NCBI GenBank assembly: GCA_002269645.1
Contig: NIVC01004656.1
Location: 1-39,105 of the forward strand
From: Macrostomum lignano
Lineage: Eukaryota
Reading direction: 5' to 3'
Length of the DNA: 39,105 nt
Part shown: piece after piece, positions 1 through 12,200 of the stretch
How positions within the stretch are numbered: the first letter of the stretch is position 1
How the letters are laid out: every line of letters starts with the position of its first letter
Position numbers and translations under genes: made by a program
Notes under the pieces: generated by a model
Databases searched by the model: none
The model's input: only the letters and a program-made list of their open reading frames with translations
Told to the model about the DNA's origin: nothing

Positions 1-160
1 TGATCCACTAGGTCATTTGATGTCGTTGTATGCGAGCATTGTATACCTAAGCGCTTCTTTGGAAAGCAAACGATGGGCATTGAATTATTGATAAAAATCT
101 GAAGATACTACGCCACTTTACAAAAAGCTTTGGTCAGACAGTTTTCAAGTCGCTAAAACT

Positions 161-175
161 TTATTAACACTGAAG
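161..175 (+). other. Possible branch point (TTAAC) and 3' splice acceptor AG at 174-175
   Basis: This is the first AG after the in-frame TAA at 154-156 and lies at the GC step. It is a weak site (AAG, no clear polypyrimidine tract). Confidence 0.35.
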
Positions 176-393
176 GCCTCGGCTTCAACATCACCAAATC
201 CGAAATCGATGATGCCTGGCAGTCGTCATGGTACAACAGCAACGGCTGCTTCCGTAATTCATCTGCCAGACCATCGCAATGGACTATTTCCACTCCAGCA
301 ACACGCCGGACCCCTCAGGCTACCAGTGGCTGTTGCTGAAGCTCAACCGGTGTGTCTCAGTGCTCTCGGTCACTGTCTATGGGAGACTTGATT
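176..393 (+). CDS. Putative internal coding exon with a 1-nt frameshift; F-type lectin (fucolectin)/discoidin-like domain, N-terminal half (may be a pseudo-exon)
   Basis: Hand translation: frame starting 178 gives LGFNITKSEIDDAWQSSWYNSNGCFR; frame starting 258 gives FICQTIAMDYFHSSNTPDPSGYQWLLLKLNRCVSVLSVTVYGRLD, then T|GTAAGT. The pattern N..A.QSS...HSS...W..L....SVT...R.D(C) recalls F-type lectin domains (canonical fucose motif H-x26-R-x-D-x4-R/K; here H-x30-R-x-D). Hand-counted GC is about 54% in 176-393 versus about 37% in 1-175 and about 35% in 394-458. Many codons are C-ending. The family assignment is by eye, not by a database search. Confidence 0.55.
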
Positions 394-399
394 GTAAGT
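394..399 (+). other. Putative 5' splice donor GTAAGT
   Basis: Exact match to the consensus donor, located where GC content drops and where the coding-like frame would otherwise hit TAG at 402-404. Confidence 0.6.
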
Positions 400-408
400 A
401 TTAGGATA

Positions 409-427
409 TTTTGCATCGGTTTGTGTT
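409..427 (+). repeat. Possible degenerate, detached monomer upstream of the array
   Basis: TGCATCGGTTTGTGTT (412-427) aligns to TGCATACCGTGTGTTT at 12 of 16 positions with one gap. The match is short and low-complexity, so support is weak. Confidence 0.3.
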
Positions 428-428
428 A

Positions 429-460
429 GCTAAAGTTCGCTAAAGAGTACTGCTAAAGTT
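429..460 (+). repeat. Three direct copies of GCTAAAG at the unique/array junction
   Basis: GCTAAAG at 429-435, 439-445 and 452-458; the longer GCTAAAGTT at 429-437 and 452-460. Confidence 0.9.
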
Positions 461-3400
461 TGTGCGTACCGTGTGTTTGTGCATACTGTGTGTTTGTGCA
501 CACCGTGTGTTTGTGTACACCGTGTGTTTGTGCACACCGTGTGTTTGTGTACACGCGTGTTTGTGCACACCGTGTGTTTGTGCATACTGTGTGTTTGTGC
601 ACACCGTGTGTTTGTGCACACCGTGTGTTTGTACACACCGTGTGTTTGTGCATACCGTGTGTTTGTGCACACCGTGTGTTTGTGCACACCGTGTGTTTGT
701 GCACACCGTGTGTTTGTGCACACCGTGTGTTTGTGCACACCGTGTTTGTGCACACCGCGTGTGTTTGTGCACACCGTGTGTTTGTGCACACCGCGTGTTT
801 GTGCACACCGTGTGTTTGTGCATACCGTGTGTTTGTGCACACCGTGTGTTTGTGCACACCGCGTGTTTGTGCACACCGTGTGTTTGTGCACACCGTGTGT
901 TTGTGCACACCGCGTGTTTGTGCACACCGTGTGTTTGTGCATACCGTGTGTTTTGCACACCGTGTGTTTGTGCACACGCGTGTTTGTGCACACGTGTGTT
1001 TGTGCACACCGTGTTTTGTGCACACCGTGTGTTTGTGCATACCGTGTGTTTGTGCACACCGTGTGTTTGTGCACACCGTGTGTTTGTGCATACCGTGTGT
1101 TTGTGCACACGCGTGTTTGTGCACACCGTGTGTTTGTGCATACCGTGTGTTTGTGCACACCGTGTATTTGTGCACACCGTGTGTTTGTGCATACCGTGTG
1201 TTTGTGCACACCGTGTGTTTGTGCACACCATGTGTTTGTGCACACCGTGTGTTTGTGCATACCGTGTGTTTGTGCATACCGTGTGTTTGTGCACACCGCG
1301 TGTTTGTGCACACCGTGTGTTTGTGCATACCGTGTGTTTGTGCATACCGTGTGTTTGTGCACACCGCGTGTTTGTGCATACCGTGTGTTTGTGCAACCGT
1401 GTGTTTGTGCACACCGTGTGTTTGTGCATACCGTGTGTTTGTGCATACCGTGTGTTTGTGCACACCGTGTGTTTGTGCATACCGTGTGTTTGTGCACACC
1501 GTGTGTTTGTGCACACCGTGTGTTTGTGCACACCGCGTGTTTGTGCACCGTGTGTTTGTGCATACCGTGTGTTTGTGCACACCGTGTGTTTGTGCACACC
1601 GTGTGTTTGTGCATACCGTGTGTTTGTACATACCGTGTGTTTGTGCACACCGTGTGTTTGTGCATACCGTGTGTTTGTGCACACCGTGTGTTTGTGCATA
1701 CCGTGTGTTTGTGCACACCGTGTGTTTGTGCACACCGTGTGTTTGTGCACACCGTGTGTTTGTGCACACCGTGTGTTTGTGCACACCGTGTGTTTGTGCA
1801 TACCGTGTGTTTGTGCACACCGTGTGTTTGTGCACACCGCGTGTTTGTGCACACCGTGTGTTTGTGCATACCGTGTGTTTGTGCACACCGCGTGTTTGTG
1901 CACACCGTGTGTTTGTGCACACCGTGTGTTTGTGCACACCGTGTGTTTGTGCATACCGTGTGTTTGTGCACACCGTGTGTTTGTGCACACCGTGTGTTTG
2001 TGCATACCGTGTGTTTGTGCACACCGTGTGTTTGTGCATACCGTGTGTTTGTGCATACCGTGTGTTTGTACACACCGTGTGTTTGTGCATACCGTTTGTT
2101 TGTGCACACCGTGTGTTTGTGCACACCGTGTGTTTGTGCACACCGTGTGTTTGTGCACACCGTGTGTTTGTCCATACCGTGTGTTTGTGCACACCGTGTG
2201 TTTGTGCACACCGTGTGTTTGTGCATACCGTGTGTTTGTGCATACCGTGTGTTTGTGCATACCGCGTGTGTTTGTGCACACCGTGTGTTTGTGCACACGT
2301 GTGTTTGTGCACACCGTGTGTTTGTGCATACCGTGTGTTTGTGCACACGTGTGTTTGTGCACACCGCGTGTTTGTGCACACCGTGTGTTTGTGCATACCG
2401 TGTGTTTGTGCACACCGCGTGTTTGTGCACACCGTGTGTTTGTGCACACCGTGTGTTTGTGCACACCGTGTGTTTGTGCATACCGTGTGTTTGTGCAACC
2501 GTGTGTTTGTGCACACGTGTGTTTGTGCATACCGTGTGTTTGTGCACACCGTGTGTTTTGCATACCGTGTGTTTGTGCATACCGTGGTTTGTGCACACCG
2601 TGTGTTTGTGCATACCGTGTGTTTGTGCACACCGTGTGTTTGTGCACACCGTGTTTGTGCACACCGTGTGTTTGTGCACACCGTGTGTTTGTGCATACCG
2701 TGTGTTTGTGCACACCGTGTGTTTGTGCACACCGCGTGTTTGTGCATACCGCTTGTTTGTGCACACCGTGTGTTTGTGCACACCGTGTGTTTGAGCACAC
2801 CGTGTGTTTGTGCACACCGTTTGTTTGTGCATACCGTGTGTTTGTGCATACCGTGTGTTTGTGCACACCGTGTGTTTGTGCATACCGTGTGTTTGTGCAT
2901 ACCGTGTGTTTGTGCATACCGTGTTTTGTGCATACCGTTGTTTGTGCATACCGTGTGTTTGTACACACCGTGTGTTTGTGCATACCGTTTGTTTGTGCAC
3001 ACCGTGTGTTTGTGCACACCGCGTGTTTGTGCACACCGTGTGTTTGTGCACACCGTGTGTTTGTGCATACCGTGTGTTTGTGCACACCGTGTGTTTGTGC
3101 ACACCGTGTGTTTGTGCATACCGTGTGTTTGTGCACACCGTGTGTTTGTGCACACCGTGTGTTTGTGCACACCGTGTGTTTGTGCACACCGTGTGTTTGT
3201 GCATACCGTTGTTTGTGCACACCGTGTGTTTGTGCATACCGTTTGTTTGTGCACACCGTGTGTTTGTGCACACGCGTGTGTTTGTGCACACCGTGTGTTT
3301 GTGCACACCGTGTGTTTGTGCATACCGTTGTTTGTGCACACCGTGTGTTTGTGCACACCGTGTGTTTGTGCATACCGTGTGTTTGTGCACACCGCGTGTT

Positions 3401-6240
3401 TGTGCATACCGTGTGTTTGTGCACACCGCGTGTTTGTGCATACCGTGTGTTTGTGCATACCGTGTGTTTGTGCACACCGTGTGTTTGTGCATACCGTGTG
3501 TTTGTGCACACCGTGTGTTTGTGCACACCGTGTGTTTGTGCACACCGTGTGTTTGTGCATACCGTGTGTTTGTGCATACCGTGTGTTTGTGCACACCGTG
3601 TGTTTGTGCATACCGTGTGTTTGTGCACACCGTGTGTTTGTGCACACCGTGTGTTTGTGCATACCGTGTGTTTGTGCACACCGTGTGTTTGTGCACACCG
3701 TGTGTTTGTGCATACCGTGTGTTTGTGCACACCGTGTGTTTGTGCACACCGTGTGTTTGTGCACACCGTGTGTTTGTGCATACCGTGTGTTTGTGCACAC
3801 CGTGTGTTTGTGCACACCGTGTGTTTGTGCATACCGTGTGTTTGTGCATACCGTGTGTTTGTGCACACCGTGTGTTTGTGCAACCGTGTGTTTGTGCACA
3901 CCGTGTGTTTGTGCATACCGTGTGTTTGTGCATACCGTGTGTTTGTGCATACCGTGTGTTTGTGCACACCGTGTGTTTGTGCACACCGTGTGTTTGTGCA
4001 TACCGTGTGTTTGTGCATACCGTGTGTTTGTGCACACCGTGTGTTTGTGCACACCGTGTGTTTGTGCATACCGTGTGTTTGTGCACACCGTGTGTTTGTG
4101 CACACCGTGTTTTGTGCATACCGTGTGTTTGTGCAACCGTGTGTTTGTGCACACCGTGTGTTTGTGCATACCGTGTGTTTGTGCATACCGTGTTTTGTGC
4201 ACACCGTGTGTTTGTGCATACCGTGTGTTTGTGCACACCGTGTGTTTGTGCACACCGTGTGTTTGTGCATACCGTGTGTTTGTGCACACCGTGTGTTTGT
4301 GCATACCGTGTGTTTGTGCATACCGTGTGTTTGTGCACACCGTGTGTTTGTGCACACCGTGTGTTTGTGCACCGTGTGTTTGTGCATACCGTGTGTTTGT
4401 GCATACCGTTTGTTTGTGCATACCGTGTGTTTGTGCACACCGTGTGTTTGTGCATACCGTTGTTTGTGCACACCGTGTGTTTGTGCACACCGCGTGTTTG
4501 TGCACACCGTGTGTTTGTGCACACCGTGTGTTTGTGCACACCGTGTGTTTGTGCACACCGTGTGTTTGTGCACACCGTGTGTTTGTGCATACCGTGTGTT
4601 TGTGCACACCGTGTGTTTGTGCACACCGTGTGTTTGTGCATACCGTGTGTTTGTGCACCGTGTGTTTGTGCACACCGTGTGTTTGTGCATACCGTGTGTT
4701 TGTGCACACCGTGTGTTTGTGCACACCGCGTGTTTGTGCACACCGTGTGTTTGTGCACACCGTGTTTGTGCATACCGTTGTTTGTGCACACCGTGTGTTT
4801 GTGCACACCGTGTGTTTGTGCATACCGTGTGTTTGTGCACACCGTGTGTTTGTGCACACCGTGTGTTTGTGCACACCGTGTGTTTGTGCACACCGTGTGT
4901 TTGTGCACACCGTGTGTTTGTGCACACCGCGTGTTTGTGCACACCGTGTGTTTGTGCACACCGTGTGTTTGTGCACACCGTGTGTTTGTGCATACCGTGT
5001 GTTTGTGCAACCGTGTGTTTGTGCACACGTGTGTTTGTGCATACCGTGTGTTTGTGCACACCGTGTGTTTGTGCATACCGTGTGTTTGTGCATACCGTGT
5101 GTTTGTGCACACCGTGTGTTTGTGCACACCGTGTGTTTGTGCATACCGTGTGTTTGTGCATACCGTGTGTTTGTGCACACCGTGTGTTTGTGCATACCGT
5201 GTGTTTGTGCACACCGTGTGTTTGTGCACACCGTGTGTTTGTGCACACCGTGTGTTTGTGCATACCGTGTGTTTGTGCACACCGCGTGTTTGTGCACACC
5301 GTGTGTTTGTGCACACCGTGTGTTTGTGCACACCGTGTGTTTGTGCATACCGTGTGTTTGTGCACACCGTGTGTTTGTGCACACCGTGTGTTTGTGCATA
5401 CCGTGTGTTTGTGCATACCGTGTGTTTGTGCACACCGTGTGTTTGTGCACACCGTGTGTTTGTGCACACCGTGTGTTTGTGCATACCGTGTGTTTGTGCA
5501 TACCGTGTGTTTGTGCACACCGCGTGTTTGTGCACACCGTGTGTTTGTGCATACCGTGTGTTTGTGCATACCGTTGTTTGTGCACACCGTGTGTTTGTGC
5601 ACACCGTGTGTTTGTGCAACCGTGTGTTTGTGCACACCGTGTGTTTGTGCATACCGTGTGTTTGTGCATACCGTGTTTTGTGCACACCGTGTGTTTGTGC
5701 ATACCGTGTGTTTGTGCACACGTGTGTTTGTGCACACCGTGTGTTTGTGCATACCGTGTGTTTGTGCACACCGTGTGTTTGTGCATACCGTGTGTTTGTG
5801 CATACCGTGTGTTTGTGCACACCGTGTGTTTGTGCACACCGTGTGTTTGTGCATACCGTGTGTTTGTGCACACCGTGTGTTTGTGCATACCGTGTGTTTG
5901 TGCACCGTGTGTTTGTGCACACCGTGTGTTTGTGCATACCGTTGTTTGTGCACACCGTGTGTTTGTGCACACCGTGTTTGTGCACACCGTGTGTTTGTGC
6001 ACACCGTGTGTTTGTGCACACCGTGTGTTTGTGCACACCGTGTGTTTGTGCACACCGTGTGTTTGTGCACACCGTGTGTTTGTGCACACCGTGTGTTTGT
6101 GCATACCGTGTGTTTGTGCACACCGTGTGTTTGTGCACACCGTGTGTTTGTGCACACCGTGTGTTTGTGCACCGTGTGTTTGTGCACACCGTGTGTTTGT
6201 GCACACCGTGTGTTTGTGCACACCGTGTGTTTGTGCACCG
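458..6240 (+). repeat. Left diverged zone of the array (T-rich, many variant monomers)
   Basis: Frequent recurrent variants: CCGCGTG (e.g. C at 794, 862, 913, 5523), CCGTTTG (2096, 2821, 2989, 3243, 4410), TTTGTACA (633, 1628, 2070, 2963), CpG transitions (487, 588, 1230) and many 15/16-bp units. Confidence 0.9.
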
Positions 6241-9200
6241 TGTGTTTGTGCATACCGTGTGTTTGTGCACACCGTGTGTTTGTGCACACCGTGTGTTTGT
6301 GCACACCGTGTGTTTGTGCACACCGTGTGTTTGTGCACACCGTGTGTTTGTGCACACCGTGTGTTTGTGCACACCGTGTGTTTGTGCACACCGTGTGTTT
6401 GTGCACACCGTGTGTTTGTGCATACCGTGTGTTTGTGCACACCGTGTGTTTGTGCACACCGTGTGTTTGTGCACACCGTGTGTTTGTGCACACCGTGTGT
6501 TTGTGCATACCGTGTGTTTGTGCACACCGTGTGTTTGTGCACACCGTGTGTTTGTGCATACCGTGTGTTTGTGCACACCGTGTGTTTGTGCACACCGTGT
6601 GTTTGTGCATACCGTGTGTTTGTGCACACCGTGTGTTTGTGCACACCGTGTGTTTGTGCACACCGTGTGTTTGTGCACACCGTGTGTTTGTGCACACCGT
6701 GTGTTTGTGCACACCGTGTGTTTGTGCACACCGTGTGTTTGTGCACACCGTGTGTTTGTGCACACCGTGTGTTTGTGCACACCGTGTGTTTGTGCACACC
6801 GTGTGTTTGTGCACACCGTGTGTTTGTGCATACCGTGTGTTTGTGCATACCGTGTGTTTGTGCACACCGTGTGTTTGTGCACACCGTGTGTTTGTGCACA
6901 CCGTGTGTTTGTGCATACCGTGTGTTTGTGCACACCGTGTGTTTGTGCACACCGTGTGTTTGTGCATACCGTGTGTTTGTGCACACCGTGTGTTTGTGCA
7001 CACCGTGTGTTTGTGCACACCGTGTGTTTGTGCACACCGTGTGTTTGTGCACACCGTGTGTTTGTGCACACCGTGTGTTTGTGCACACCGTGTGTTTGTG
7101 CACACCGTGTGTTTGTGCACACCGTGTGTTTGTGCACACCGTGTGTTTGTGCATACCGTGTGTTTGTGCACACCGTGTGTTTGTGCACACCGTGTGTTTG
7201 TGCACACCGTGTGTTTGTGCACACCGTGTGTTTGTGCACACCGTGTGTTTGTGCACACCGTGTGTTTGTGCACACCGTGTGTTTGTGCACACCGTGTGTT
7301 TGTGCACACCGTGTGTTTGTGCACACCGTGTGTTTGTGCACACCGTGTGTTTGTGCACACCGTGTGTTTGTGCACACCGTGTGTTTGTGCATACCGTGTG
7401 TTTGTGCACACCGTGTGTTTGTGCATACCGTGTGTTTGTGCACACCGTGTGTTTGTGCACACCGTGTGTTTGTGCATACCGTGTGTTTGTGCACACCGTG
7501 TGTTTGTGCACACCGTGTGTTTGTGCACACCGTGTGTTTGTGCACACCGTGTGTTTGTGCACACCGTGTGTTTGTGCACACCGTGTGTTTGTGCACACCG
7601 TGTGTTTGTGCATACCGTGTGTTTGTGCACACCGTGTGTTTGTGCACACCGTGTGTTTGTGCATACCGTGTGTTTGTGCACACCGTGTGTTTGTGCACAC
7701 CGTGTGTTTGTGCACACCGTGTGTTTGTGCACACCGTGTGTTTGTGCACACCGTGTGTTTGTGCACACCGTGTGTTTGTGCACACCGTGTGTTTGTGCAT
7801 ACCGTGTGTTTGTGCACACCGTGTGTTTGTGCACACCGTGTGTTTGTGCACACCGTGTGTTTGTGCACACCGTGTGTTTGTGCACACCGTGTGTTTGTGC
7901 ATACCGTGTGTTTGTGCATACCGTGTGTTTGTGCACACCGTGTGTTTGTGCACACCGTGTGTTTGTGCATACCGTGTGTTTGTGCACACCGTGTGTTTGT
8001 GCATACCGTGTGTTTGTGCACACCGTGTGTTTGTGCACACCGTGTGTTTGTGCATACCGTGTGTTTGTGCACACCGTGTGTTTGTGCACACCGTGTGTTT
8101 GTGCACACCGTGTGTTTGTGCACACCGTGTGTTTGTGCATACCGTGTGTTTGTGCACACCGTGTGTTTGTGCACACCGTGTGTTTGTGCACACCGTGTGT
8201 TTGTGCATACCGTGTGTTTGTGCACACCGTGTGTTTGTGCACACCGTGTGTTTGTGCACACCGTGTGTTTGTGCACACCGTGTGTTTGTGCACACCGTGT
8301 GTTTGTGCACACCGTGTGTTTGTGCACACCGTGTGTTTGTGCACACCGTGTGTTTGTGCACACCGTGTGTTTGTGCACACCGTGTGTTTGTGCACACCGT
8401 GTGTTTGTGCACACCGTGTGTTTGTGCACACCGTGTGTTTGTGCACACCGTGTGTTTGTGCACACCGTGTGTTTGTGCACACCGTGTGTTTGTGCACACC
8501 GTGTGTTTGTGCACACCGTGTGTTTGTGCACACCGTGTGTTTGTGCACACCGTGTGTTTGTGCACACCGTGTGTTTGTGCACACCGTGTGTTTGTGCATA
8601 CCGTGTGTTTGTGCACACCGTGTGTTTGTGCACACCGTGTGTTTGTGCACACCGTGTGTTTGTGCACACCGTGTGTTTGTGCACACCGTGTGTTTGTGCA
8701 CACCGTGTGTTTGTGCACACCGTGTGTTTGTGCACACCGTGTGTTTGTGCACACCGTGTGTTTGTGCATACCGTGTGTTTGTGCATACCGTGTGTTTGTG
8801 CACACCGTGTGTTTGTGCACACCGTGTGTTTGTGCACACCGTGTGTTTGTGCACACCGTGTGTTTGTGCACACCGTGTGTTTGTGCACACCGTGTGTTTG
8901 TGCATACCGTGTGTTTGTGCACACCGTGTGTTTGTGCACACCGTGTGTTTGTGCACACCGTGTGTTTGTGCACACCGTGTGTTTGTGCATACCGTGTGTT
9001 TGTGCACACCGTGTGTTTGTGCACACCGTGTGTTTGTGCATACCGTGTGTTTGTGCACACCGTGTGTTTGTGCACACCGTGTGTTTGTGCACACCGTGTG
9101 TTTGTGCATACCGTGTGTTTGTGCATACCGTGTGTTTGTGCACACCGTGTGTTTGTGCACACCGTGTGTTTGTGCACCGTGTGTTTGTGCACACCGTGTG

Positions 9201-12200
9201 TTTGTGCATACCGTGTGTTTGTGCACACCGTGTGTTTGTGCATACCGTGTGTTTGTGCATACCGTGTGTTTGTGCACACCGTGTGTTTGTGCACACCGTG
9301 TGTTTGTGCACACCGTGTGTTTGTGCACACCGTGTGTTTGTGCATACCGTGTGTTTGTGCACACCGTGTGTTTGTGCACACCGTGTGTTTGTGCACACCG
9401 TGTGTTTGTGCACACCGTGTGTTTGTGCATACCGTGTGTTTGTGCATACCGTGTGTTTGTGCACACCGTGTGTTTGTGCACACCGTGTGTTTGTGCACAC
9501 CGTGTGTTTGTGCACACCGTGTGTTTGTGCACACCGTGTGTTTGTGCACACCGTGTGTTTGTGCACACCGTGTGTTTGTGCATACCGTGTGTTTGTGCAC
9601 ACCGTGTGTTTGTGCACACCGTGTGTTTGTGCATACCGTGTGTTTGTGCACACCGTGTGTTTGTGCATACCGTGTGTTTGTGCACACCGTGTGTTTGTGC
9701 ACACCGTGTGTTTGTGCACACCGTGTGTTTGTGCACACCGTGTGTTTGTGCACACCGTGTGTTTGTGCACACACACCGTGTGTTGTGCACACCGTGTGTT
9801 TGTGCACACCGTGTGTTTGTGCATACCGTGTGTTTGTGCACACCGTGTGTTTGTGCACACCGTGTGTTTGTGCATACCGTGTGTTTGTGCACACCGTGTG
9901 TTTGTGCACACCGTGTGTTTGTGCACACCGTGTGTTTGTGCACACCGTGTGTTTGTGCACACCGTGTGTTTGTGCATACCGTGTGTTTGTGCACACCGTG
10001 TGTTTGTGCATACCGTGTGTTTGTGCACACCGTGTGTTTGTGCATACCGTGTGTTTGTGCACACCGTGTGTTTGTGCACACCGTGTGTTTGTGCATACCG
10101 TGTGTTTGTGCACACCGTGTGTTTGTGCACACCGTGTGTTTGTGCACACCGTGTGTTTGTGCACACCGTGTGTTTGTGCATACCGTGTGTTTGTGCACAC
10201 CGTGTGTTTGTGCATACCGTGTGTTTGTGCACACCGTGTGTTTGTGCACACCGTGTGTTTGTGCACACCGTGTGTTTGTGCATACCGTGTGTTTGTGCAC
10301 ACCGTGTGTTTGTGCATACCGTGTGTTTGTGCACACCGTGTGTTTGTGCACACCGTGTGTTTGTGCACACCGTGTGTTTGTGCATACCGTGTGTTTGTGC
10401 ACACCGTGTGTTTGTGCACACCGTGTGTTTGTGCACACCGTGTGTTTGTGCATACCGTGTGTTTGTGCATACCGTGTGTTTGTGCACACCGTGTGTTTGT
10501 GCATACCGTGTGTTTGTGCACACCGTGTGTTTGTGCATACCGTGTGTTTGTGCACACCGTGTGTTTGTGCACACCGTGTGTTTGTGCACACCGTGTGTTT
10601 GTGCACACCGTGTGTTTGTGCACACCGTGTGTTTGTGCATACCGTGTGTTTGTGCACACCGTGTGTTTGTGCACACCGTGTGTTTGTGCACACCGTGTGT
10701 TTGTGCATACCGTGTGTTTGTGCACACCGTGTGTTTGTGCACACCGTGTGTTTGTGCACACCGTGTGTTTGTGCACACCGTGTGTTTGTGCACACCGTGT
10801 GTTTGTGCACACCGTGTGTTTGTGCACACCGTGTGTTTGTGCATACCGTGTGTTTGTGCACACCGTGTGTTTGTGCATACCGTGTGTTTGTGCATACCGT
10901 GTGTTTGTGCACACCGTGTGTTTGTGCATACCGTGTGTTTGTGCACACCGTGTGTTTGTGCACACCGTGTGTTTGTGCACACCGTGTGTTTGTGCACACC
11001 GTGTGTTTGTGCACACCGTGTGTTTGTGCACACCGTGTGTTTGTGCACACCGTGTGTTTGTGCACACCGTGTGTTTGTGCACACCGTGTGTTTGTGCACA
11101 CCGTGTGTTTGTGCACACCGTGTGTTTGTGCACACCGTGTGTTTGTGCATACCGTGTGTTTGTGCACACCGTGTGTTTGTGCACACCGTGTGTTTGTGCA
11201 CACCGTGTGTTTGTGCACACCGTGTGTTTGTGCATACCGTGTGTTTGTGCATACCGTGTGTTTGTGCACACCGTGTGTTTGTGCATACCGTGTGTTTGTG
11301 CACACCGTGTGTTTGTGCACACCGTGTGTTTGTGCACACCGTGTGTTTGTGCACACCGTGTGTTTGTGCACACCGTGTGTTTGTGCACACCGTGTGTTTG
11401 TGCACACCGTGTGTTTGTGCACACCGTGTGTTTGTGCACACCGTGTGTTTGTGCACACCGTGTGTTTGTGCACACCGTGTGTTTGTGCACACCGTGTGTT
11501 TGTGCACACCGTGTGTTTGTGCATACCGTGTGTTTGTGCACACCGTGTGTTTGTGCACACCGTGTGTTTGTGCATACCGTGTGTTTGTGCACACCGTGTG
11601 TTTGTGCACACCGTGTGTTTGTGCATACCGTGTGTTTGTGCACACCGTGTGTTTGTGCACACCGTGTGTTTGTGCACACCGTGTGTTTGTGCACACCGTG
11701 TGTTTGTGCATACCGTGTGTTTGTGCACACCGTGTGTTTGTGCACACCGTGTGTTTGTGCACACCGTGTGTTTGTGCACACCGTGTGTTTGTGCACACCG
11801 TGTGTTTGTGCATACCGTGTGTTTGTGCACACCGTGTGTTTGTGCACACCGTGTGTTTGTGCATACCGTGTGTTTGTGCACACCGTGTGTTTGTGCACAC
11901 CGTGTGTTTGTGCACACCGTGTGTTTGTGCACACCGTGTGTTTGTGCACACCGTGTGTTTGTGCACACCGTGTGTTTGTGCACACCGTGTGTTTGTGCAT
12001 ACCGTGTGTTTGTGCACACCGTGTGTTTGTGCACACCGTGTGTTTGTGCATACCGTGTGTTTGTGCACACCGTGTGTTTGTGCATACCGTGTGTTTGTGC
12101 ACACCGTGTGTTTGTGCACACCGTGTGTTTGTGCATACCGTGTGTTTGTGCACACCGTGTGTTTGTGCACACCGTGTGTTTGTGCACACCGTGTGTTTGT

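Noticed and set aside
1-175. Promoter, RNA gene or transposon end in the upstream unique DNA
   Set aside because: It is AT-rich sequence with only short chance palindromes (e.g. AAAGCTTT 124-131); nothing is supportable.
254-269. 16-nt GT...AG micro-intron explaining the frame switch
   Set aside because: Removing 16 nt moves into the 209..391 frame, not the frame carrying HSS...RLD; a 3n+2 removal would be needed.
209-391. 60-aa ORF MMPGSRHG...
   Set aside because: It lies in the third frame of the putative exon and has no recognisable motif. The other two frames show the lectin-like motifs and C-ending codon bias.
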